From: Eledone cirrhosa
Taxonomy: Eukaryota
Direction of reading: 5' to 3'
DNA length: 64,000 nucleotides
NCBI GenBank assembly: GCA_964016885.1
Contig: OZ024745.1
Coordinates: 127,534,001 to 127,598,000, forward strand
Positions 54,662 to 64,000 of this stretch are shown here, one piece after another (the stretch's first letter is position 1; each line of letters starts with the position of its first letter). The notes beneath the pieces are model-generated. The model saw only the letters and a program-made list of their open reading frames with translations, did not search any database and had not been told where the DNA came from. The translations under genes were made by a program, and so were the position numbers.

Positions 54662-55344
54662 GTATATATATGTATATGTTAGTAGGTGACTGTGTGAAAG
54701 TAGTTGTAGGAGACGGGTGCATATAACTTGCAAACATGCTTAGGTAGTTTTAATTATATGAGAGATATCATCTGAATTTCCCAAATGTAACAAAAGTACA
54801 GATTTGGATAAATCGCAACTAGTCATCTATTTTTCGCTTAGAGTTTTCATTACGTTAACCAACAGGGATAGAGTAAACCGTCTATAGCATTATTAAACTT
54901 AGAAAAAAGAACATTATTTTGTTGCTGATGTTTACTTCTGGTAACTCTGATCGAGTAGACCTATAATCAAAACTAATCGAGTCTCGATTATCTCGACTCT
55001 TGACAGAAGTGTTTAAGATTACTACCGCAAACCTCACAAACATTACTATTAGCTTCACAAGCATCAAAGCACGGTTATAATCATTTCCAGCATCAGCAGC
55101 AATAGCAGCAGCAGTAGTAGCAGCAGCAGCATAGCCATAGCATACAAAAACAAATGTAACAAAATCAAAGAAGAAAATTTGGTCTAAATGTCTTCAAAAT
55201 GAATATATAAGATGTATTTAATATAGTTAAGATATCTATTTATCATAAGAAGTTTAGAAATGTACCTAAGCACGACTGAAATTGGAAAAGAAATGTAAAT
55301 AATAGGAATGGAACTGAGATGTTGGGGGTGGTGGAGGGAGGGAT

Positions 55345-55680
55345 TTATCATCATCACCATCATCGTCATCATCATCATCATCATAATCATCGTCATCATC
55401 ATAATCATCGTCATCATCATCATCATCACCATCATCGCCACCATAATCATCATCAACATCATCATCTTCGTCGTCATCATCATCACCATCATCATCACCA
55501 TCACCATCATCATCATCACCACCATCATATTCATTGTCCCCTTCGGTGTTGTCATGATTTTCACTATTGTTTTTAGATGTAGACGTCATCGTCGTCATGG
55601 TGATGGTGATGAAGGTGATGATGATGATGATCATTATCATCATCATCATCATTCTCATCATTATAATCACCACCGTCTCC
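55345..55680. repeat. (CAT)n/(GAT)n trinucleotide repeats
   Basis: Direct reading. Confidence 0.95.
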
Positions 55681-55884
55681 ACCTCCACAACCAGACGCCG
55701 TGGTTAATAAATATATTAGAATAAAAATTGGAATGAACAATAAAATAAAAATGTTATTGCAGGTGTTTCACGTTTAAAGCAATCTAGCAAAGATAACAAC
55801 AACAGCAACAACAACAACAACAACAACAACAATAATAACAATAATAACAATAATATTAATAATAATAATAAAGATAATAATAAT

Positions 55885-56233
55885 AATGATTTCTTTATTA
55901 ACCACAAGGGTTTACATAAAGTAGACATTAAGGACAGTGCAGGACAATGCAGGACGGTACAAATGGGCATTTCTGCGTGTAAAAAACAAAAACAGAGGAT
56001 ATAACAAAAAATAACAATGAAAAATTCCCCAATAGGGGGGGGGGGGGGAGACTTCGGAGGGACATTTGTGGAGAAAGCCCATTAAAAGGCCACAGTGATC
56101 CTGACCACCAGGGCAAGTACCCTCTCCCAGTTTTCCACCTTTAATTTACAGACACATACTCAGAGTAGCCCATTCACTCGGGCCATTCTTGCTTCTCTCA
56201 TCCATCTTTCAACAAAATGCTGGGAAGAGAGAA
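55885..56233 (-). mobile_element. Tx1/L1-like LINE 3' end inserted in (AAT)n
   Basis: IRVEREVLSSQHFVERWMREARMARVNG C-terminus; 3' UTR ending cccttgtggttaataaagaaatc(att)n. Confidence 0.75.
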
Positions 56234-56320
56234 CTTCCCTCTCTACCCTGATTGAATATAATGATAATAATATTAATAATAATAATGATAATAAGAATTA
56301 TTTCTTTATTTTATTTTATT

Positions 56321-56355
<35 letters not shown>

Positions 56356-56430
56356 TGATAATACTAATAGTGATAATAATAATAATAATAAAAATAACAT
56401 CAATGATTGAGACTCAAAGAACAATAATAA

Positions 56431-56461
<31 letters not shown>

Positions 56462-56466
56462 AATAA

Positions 56467-57456
56467 TAGAGGACTGTGTTCAGATGGAGAAAAACAACCT
56501 ACACAAATACGTGACTGATAGTAGGGAGCCAATGCTCAGAATTGTACTGAAGGAGAGGACAATAGACCAGGGGATGTCCAAGGAGGAAATAACAACAAGG
56601 AGAAAGAGAAACCTTCATGAAAAATCCCTTCATAGTACCTTCTTTGAGAAAACTGAATTCAGAGATCCACAGACATGGAACTGGTTGAAAAGAGGAGACC
56701 TTAAAACGGCTACAGAAGGAATGCTAATGGCTGCGCAAGAGCAGTCCCTCAAAACGAAGTGGCTGAAACACCATATTTACAAGGAGTAGGCTAGCCCACT
56801 GTGTAGGATCTGTGGAGAGAGAGAGAGGAGACTGTGGCTCACATTGTATCCGAGTGTAAACACCTAGCCCAGACCCACTATAAAGGCTGGAGACATGATG
56901 TGATGGGCAGGGCGATCCACTGGCACCTATGCAAAGTAAACAATTTACCACATTCTGAGAAGTGGTATGAGCATAAGCCAGAGTCGGTGATAGAAAACGA
57001 TCAGGTGAAGGTGCTATGGGATTTTAGGATACAGACGGACAAGAAACTGGGACACAATAGGCCTGACCTGGTGGTTTTGGACAAGGAAAAAAACGTGCCT
57101 GATTGTGGATGTGGCCTGCCCATTCGACACGAGAGTGCAAGAGAAGGAGAGGGAGAAAATTAACCGATACCAGGACCTAAAGTGGGAGGTGAAAAGGATT
57201 TGGAACTGCCATGAAGTCAAAGTGATCCCGACTGTCATAGGCGCACTAGGTACTGTCTCAAAAAGTTTCCAGGGATGGTTAAAGAAAATTGGCCCCGCCA
57301 CGCTTTTTGGAACGCTTCAAAAGGCATGCTTGCTGGGAACAGCAAGAACCCTCCGATACGTCATGAATATCTGAGGCTGCAGGTAGTGGCTTGATATTCA
57401 TTTCAACAAACTTTCCAGTTAACTAACATCAATGACTGAGACTCAAAGAACAACAA
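56467..57456 (+). mobile_element. 5'-truncated R4/Dong-like RLE non-LTR retrotransposon in (TAA)n
   Basis: TEGMLMAAQEQSL, CRICG..ETVAHIVSEC, RHD, HNRPDLVVLD, DVACP..EK..Y, VIGALG, LQKACLLGTARTLR; one stop and two frameshifts; (TAA)n on both sides. Confidence 0.92.
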
Positions 57457-57457
57457 C

Positions 57458-57509
<52 letters not shown>

Positions 57510-58029
57510 CAGGATCTGTGGATAATGAGAATAAGAATAATAAGAATAATAGAAATAATAAAAACAAATTCTTGTTGTTGTTGTTGTTATTATATTTATT
57601 ATTAGCGTTACTATTATGCTGAGATTTATAACACAAACAGTGACAATAGTAACAACTATATAACTATTATAACTTCTCTTAGAGAATGCGAAAAAAATAT
57701 TCAAGTTCAAACATGCGCATGCGCATATGTACAGACGTAGACACTGACACAGAGATATAAATACATACAGACACTGTTATATATTCCCATATATATATAT
57801 ATACACTCATATACATATACTATATACACATATACATACACTTGTACATATATACTATATACACATATATATATACTTATATATATATATATTATATACA
57901 CACATACACATTATATACATATATATATATATACATACATACATACACACACATATTCAAACATACATACAAACACTCACATACACACACACATACATAC
58001 AAACACTCTTATGTATACATACACACATT

Positions 58030-58120
<91 letters not shown>

Positions 58121-58208
58121 GATATATTAACAAATGGAAACTTCCAACAGAAATGGTCGCATTCTTTAAGGGTATGTCAATATTTATTTATAAAACTGCT
58201 CTATATTA

Positions 58209-58273
58209 TATTTTATCTGATGAAAGCACACCATAATTTAACTTGGTGTCCTTGAAATATGTATAATGAAATA
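58209..58273 (+). ncRNA. Putative hammerhead ribozyme (H1) in element 58120-58365
   Basis: Motif identical to the 49204-49268 copy. Confidence 0.75.
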
Positions 58274-58495
58274 AATATGGTTTTATAAATATAGTTTCCA
58301 TTTGTGTATATATCGTATTTTTACTCCAATAATTTGTTGAGTGCTTTATATCAGTTATAAAAGTATATATTATTATTATTGCGTGTGTGTGTGTGTCTAT
58401 GTGTGTGTGTCTAAATGTGTGTATGTGTGTGTGTCTATATGTGTGTATGTTGTGGTGGTGATGGGGGCTGTTCACAGTTAGCGAAATGATGCTGA

Positions 58496-58563
<68 letters not shown>

Positions 58564-59134
58564 ATAATAATAATAATAATAATTTTAGACTAACGTATAG
58601 TTCAAAGTTAGATCAAAGTAAATTGAAACTCAGTTAAAATTGAAAGTTGTTTATTTACAGACAAGAGTGTATATTTCCCACTTCTAAGTTTGCTACTCTG
58701 CAGGAAGGAGTCTGTTTATTTCGTTGTTGTTGTTGCTACTGTTGTTGTTACTGTTGTTGTTACTGTTGTTGTTGTTTTGATCATATATATAACACAACCA
58801 ATTATATTGACTGCAACAATTACACCAACTAAAATAGTCATAAACAAATATTTCTTAGAGATTTTTAGTCGGTAATGGAAGTGTTTTGTAATTGGTAAAC
58901 TGAACTTGATCACTTAATCAGTTTTGTGGTGAACGGCTATGAGAGTTAGTTTCAGATTTACGTTCGGATTTGTATGTTTTGCACGTGCTGGAGGAAACCT
59001 GGAGCTTATCCCAATTTGGTAGGCGTTAACCCTATTACAAAACTCCTCCCTGGACAGGAGATCACTCAGTCGCAGTTCTAACCCGCTAGCTGCCACTAAT
59101 ATCTGATATTCATTTTCAACTGAGTGAGCTAGCC

Positions 59135-59640
59135 TCCTCCATGAGCTTGGCTGGTCTTGCTTGGGGATCCAGCTATATCAGTTGGAGACGGTTGCTTCTG
59201 CTGACAGGACCCGCCCGAAGGGAGTGTTTGAAGACTCTCCCCCACCCTCTTACCCACTCAGGAATAAGTGGTTGGACAGATCTTAGAGGAACAAGCAGGG
59301 GACCCAGGGGTAGACTCTAAGCAAGATTGTTGGATAACATCCATGAACTCGACTAGTTTCGCTTGAGTGTCCGGCCGGATCAGTTGGAGACGGTTGCTGG
59401 AAGGGGTGTTTGAGGACTCTTCCCCACCGCCCTCTCGGGAATAAGAGGGCGAAGAAGAAGCAGAAGAAGAAGCAGAAGAAGAAGAAGAAGAAGAAGAAGA
59501 AGAAGAAGAAGAAGAAGAAGAAGAAGAAGAAGAAGAAGAAGAAGAAGAAGAAGAAGAAGAAGAAGAAGGGAAGAAGAAAAAGAAAGATAGAAGAAGAAGA
59601 AGAAGAAGAAGAAGAAGAAGAAGAAGAAGAAGAAGAAGAG
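59135..59640 (+). mobile_element. Two tandem RTE-like 3' ends plus (GAA)n tail
   Basis: ccatga.ct.g.ct.gt..atcagttggagacggttgct..gtgtttga.gactct repeated; homologous to 46400-46520. Confidence 0.7.
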
Positions 59641-59649
59641 ATTTGATTC

Positions 59650-60290
59650 TACAGTTACATTTGACGGAGTTGTTCAGAACGGTTCTATTATACTGGATAT
59701 TGCTATATAATAAGATAAATAATTCTCCATATAAATATAGACAAATGTCTGAATATATTTCCCCTAAATTAACGTTCAAGTGGTCTTCCTTTTCCTTCTT
59801 CTTTAACAATGTTTGTTTGATAATTTATTTAGCTTCGTTAAATTAACAATATTCTGAAAACATTCTCAATGTTGAACATTTTTGAATCCACAAATTATTC
59901 TAATCTCACAACTTGGAAATAAAATTTCAACATCTTTCGTAACTCATATTTGTTTATATAAACAATCAATGCATACACAACTTATTAATATATAGAGATA
60001 TTTATATACATATAATCTATCCTAATGTAATAAGATAAAAATACTTACAACCATAATTCTTCATATAATTTTATAACTCATAATATAGGTAACAAAAATC
60101 TTGTGCCCCAAATTAACGTTATTCTTTTCTCTTTCTCTTCCTTCCTTATCATAAATATTTAAATTGTCCATAGCGTCTAAAATAACGTTTTTTCAGCCCT
60201 TTAATATACATATCATTTGCATACTCATATTAATAATTTTAAATATCTAACTTTTCTTCTCTCTTCCCTTCACTTTCCAGGGATAACTTG
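59650..60290 (-). pseudogene. Possible highly decayed L1/Tx1-like RT region
   Basis: Minus-strand YEYAND (degenerate YADD) near 60213-60230; purine-rich coding-like strand. Confidence 0.3.
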
Positions 60291-60343
60291 AACCGTTAAA
60301 GTATATTATCCTTGGTCATGTCAAATATTTATAAAACATTTTG

Positions 60344-60405
60344 TATTTTATCTGATGATAGCGTACCAACATTTTTAGTACCCTTGAAATATATATAATA
60401 GAATA
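60344..60405 (+). ncRNA. Putative hammerhead ribozyme (H1), diverged copy
   Basis: tattttat CTGATGA tagcgtacca-loop-agtaccctt GAAA tatata TA atagaata. Confidence 0.65.
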
Positions 60406-60444
60406 AATATGGTTTTATAAACATAGTTTCCATTTATTTAATAT

Positions 60445-60530
<86 letters not shown>

Positions 60531-60663
60531 TTATTAAAATAACAGATTAAAGTTTAAGCAAAGAATCATTGCTTTCACCCTTAACGGGATCTTCTGAAAC
60601 TAACAAAGTCAATCTGTAAACGCAGAACTGGATATTTCAAAAAACGTTGCAACCGGATTACTA

Positions 60664-60721
<58 letters not shown>

Positions 60722-60727
60722 AATATA

Positions 60728-61128
60728 CAGTTGTCGCTCGGTATTCGTGGAGGCTACGTTCCTAGAACATAAGCAAAGAGTGAAAAACCGCGAATATTGG
60801 ACGTGATCCATAAAAATGCCTATAAACGTCAAAATATAACGTAAAATGTAATAAAAAAAGAGAGAGCGTCATATGCTAAGGGGCGTCCAATAGGCCGGCA
60901 AATACCGGATATTGTTATTAATAATTTAGCGTTAAAAATGCATATATATAGGCACGAAAAAGCCATAAAAATATCGTGGAAGATATTTACGATTCCGCGA
61001 GTATGCGGTGGTTTCCACAAACAATTATTAATTAGGTTCAAAGGAAAATTCTGCGAATAACTGCGAGTGGCGGGACCGCGAGTGGCTGGACCGCGAATGT
61101 CGGGACCGCGTATGCCAGTAGTACACTC
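60728..61128. mobile_element. Tigger/pogo-like MITE
   Basis: TA-CAGTTGTCGCTCGGTATTCGTGG start; repeated ACCGCGA subterminal motifs; decayed right end. Confidence 0.55.
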
Positions 61129-61784
61129 TATATATATTTATATATATATATTTTGTTCTCTTTCTTAGCTAACGTTCTTCTCTCATACAACACAACTTCA
61201 ATAAATTCTTCCATCGATTCAACCACTTAACACAGTCAGTTTCATTCCACAATGAAGTCGTAGGAGTCGCAGTGGCACCCAGTCGGTTACGACGATGAGT
61301 AATCCTGTTGATACGATCAACAGAAAAACCTGCCCGTGAAATTAACTTGTAAGTGGCTGAGCATTACACAAACAGGCGAACCTTTAATACACTTCGTAGG
61401 GAGATTCTGCGAGACACCTAATGTAACAAGGCTAGCTCTTTGAATTAAAATAAAGTACTAGTAACGTACTGGGGTAGATTTAATCGATTTTCCCTTTCTC
61501 CAAAATTGTTGTCCTTGTGCCTAAATCAGAAACAAATAACTGCTAGAAATAGCAGCTAAATCTTCTTTGAACAACATCCTACCATATATATGAAAACAAC
61601 ATATTGAAGAATTTAATTTATGAACAAAATGTAAAAAAGAAACCAGGATGATTATGGCGAGATCGCTGGTTGAAGGCTCTGTCATGCTGAGAAGAAAATA
61701 TAATTCCACTGAATTTTGCTATGAGTTTATTTAAATATATTGAGTTGAAACATATGCTGAGATTAACTGGTATGGTGCGCATTG

Positions 61785-62220
<436 letters not shown>

Positions 62221-62641
62221 AATATCTGCGTGTGTTATTTTACTTGCACTGGAAATAGTGTCTGCACGTGTGTGTATGTGTACGTGTGTGTATGTGTACG
62301 TGTGTCCATGTGCACGTGTGTGCGTGAGTGTGACTCTGTTGTCAGTACTGCATATGGTAGTGGCTGTGTATTTGGTTCACACACACAGAAACAAGATGGC
62401 GTAGGACAGATCAAAGGAGAGGCACAAAAACAAAGAAAAGAATCCCCAGTCACTGAAGAGGTCACAGAATGTGTGACGAAAGAACTTTGACAATATATAA
62501 ACAACCATCTGGTTGTGGAACCAACCAACCAACCGGAAATTTATAAATTCCTAAATTTATAAATTTATTATAATAAATTGAAGTTAAAGCAACTGGTGCG
62601 TGTGTTTCGTATTGGCAACATGACCCTCCCAAAGTATAACA

Positions 62642-62705
<64 letters not shown>

Positions 62706-63334
62706 GTATTAATCTTCAGACTCTAGTTATTAACCAGTTAATTTTTTTGATTCTTTTAGTTAATTCTATTGACTGATTAATAGCTTATGTTTATTTTAAA
62801 AATGATTCTGTCGAGAGCTTAATTCGTTTTGTGATATTTTGCAATTTTGTAATAACCTCACATACTGAATTCATCCGCCGAAACTATGGGTTCTCTCCCT
62901 TTTGAGTCCGCCCGTGCGTTCATATCACGACGAGACCCATAGTTTGGCACAGAACAAAATACCTGTTGAAAAAGCGACATCCTTGTTCGATCATCATACC
63001 TAAGTTTAGCATTATTTGTTTAAGCAGACAGTACTTGATTTAGGAGTTGCCGAAACCCTATACCGGATTTTACCACTATTTCCGCGGGTCCGGGTAAATT
63101 TTACCATCATATATTATTATTTGTTTGACCCGAATAGCTTGCTCGCTTTTTTGGCTTTGCGGCTAATGGTCTAACCATCGTCTCAGTGTGTTTGGTCTTT
63201 TTAACGTATGTTTATTGCTCTAGTACACTCGTATCTATCGAGCGCTTGCCACAAAATTCGGAAGTTGTTTTTCGCTAATTTCCACTAGCCGAAATGCGAT
63301 TCTCGCTAATCTATATTTGTATATATATATATAT

Positions 63335-63516
63335 GTTTAACCCCGACGGCAGAGCTCAAGCCGTTTTCACGGCTATTTCTGGACTCCAGAAATAACCGTC
63401 GAAACGGCTTGAGCTCTGGCCGTTAAACATTTTCCTATTACTCATTCTACTACCCTAAGTATTTAGTACTCTGGTGCGTTATGGTCCATCTGGTTCCTTA
63501 CCACACCTCCTTCGTT
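63335..63516 (+). mobile_element. Fold-back element family F
   Basis: ccccgacggcagagctcaagccgttt..gtcgaaacggcttgagctct plus extension. Confidence 0.85.
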
Positions 63517-63621
63517 ATATATATATATAATATTTAATATAGAAATGGGTTCTTCAGGACTAGAACTGTTTCATTCGAAGGAAATCATCAGGGCTTCCCT
63601 GCTAATTTTCCTCGAATGAAA

Positions 63622-63718
63622 CAGGGTGTCCCAAAATATGTATACACACTTTAACAGCATTCTAAGAAATATTGCTGTACAGTTAATCAGTGTGTATACA
63701 TTTTTGGGAAACACCCTA
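63622..63718. mobile_element. Tc1/mariner-like MITE
   Basis: TIRs cagggtgtcccaaaa.atgtatacacact / agtgtgtatacatttttgggaaacaccct. Confidence 0.75.
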
Positions 63719-63727
63719 TATATATAT

Positions 63728-63818
<91 letters not shown>

Positions 63819-64000
63819 TAAGGTAGATTAAATGAGTTGAGTTGATCACACAACTGTATAAGACAGTCAGATATTTAAAGCTCTCATGTGATTTTATCCC
63901 CATCAAGATTGGCAAAAGAAAGTTCAGAGTTAAATCCAATTCATAAATTTCTAGTCAAAGTAGCATTACAAAATTACAAAGCATATACAAATGAATGAAT

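Noticed and set aside
55184-55724. Asp-rich or His-rich ORFs resembling biomineralisation proteins
   Set aside because: Explained by (CAT)n/(GAT)n repeats; no signal peptide or splice evidence.

Overview
AT-rich eukaryotic (metazoan) DNA saturated with microsatellites and decayed retroelements. The repeat landscape looks like an octopus/cephalopod intergenic or intronic region; this is an inference, not a database match. No intact host gene is recognisable, and nearly all listed ORFs are microsatellite translations. Recognisable content: (1) many copies of a tRNA-headed SINE plus other SINE-like families; (2) fragments of several non-LTR clades (R4/Dong-like and CRE-like RLE elements, L1/Tx1, RTE); (3) a Penelope-like GIY-YIG endonuclease remnant; (4) mariner, Tc1, Tigger, hAT and Helitron-like MITEs. 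The most notable signal is a set of small (TA)n-embedded, often fold-back elements carrying minimal type I hammerhead ribozyme motifs. There are four distinct motif families, about 11 copies in total, with compensatory stem II changes and a U3-A8 core variant. A second signal is that the dominant SINE shares its 3' tail and its ATTATT/AATAAT target site with a Tx1-like LINE. All structures were read by eye; coordinates of decayed elements are approximate.
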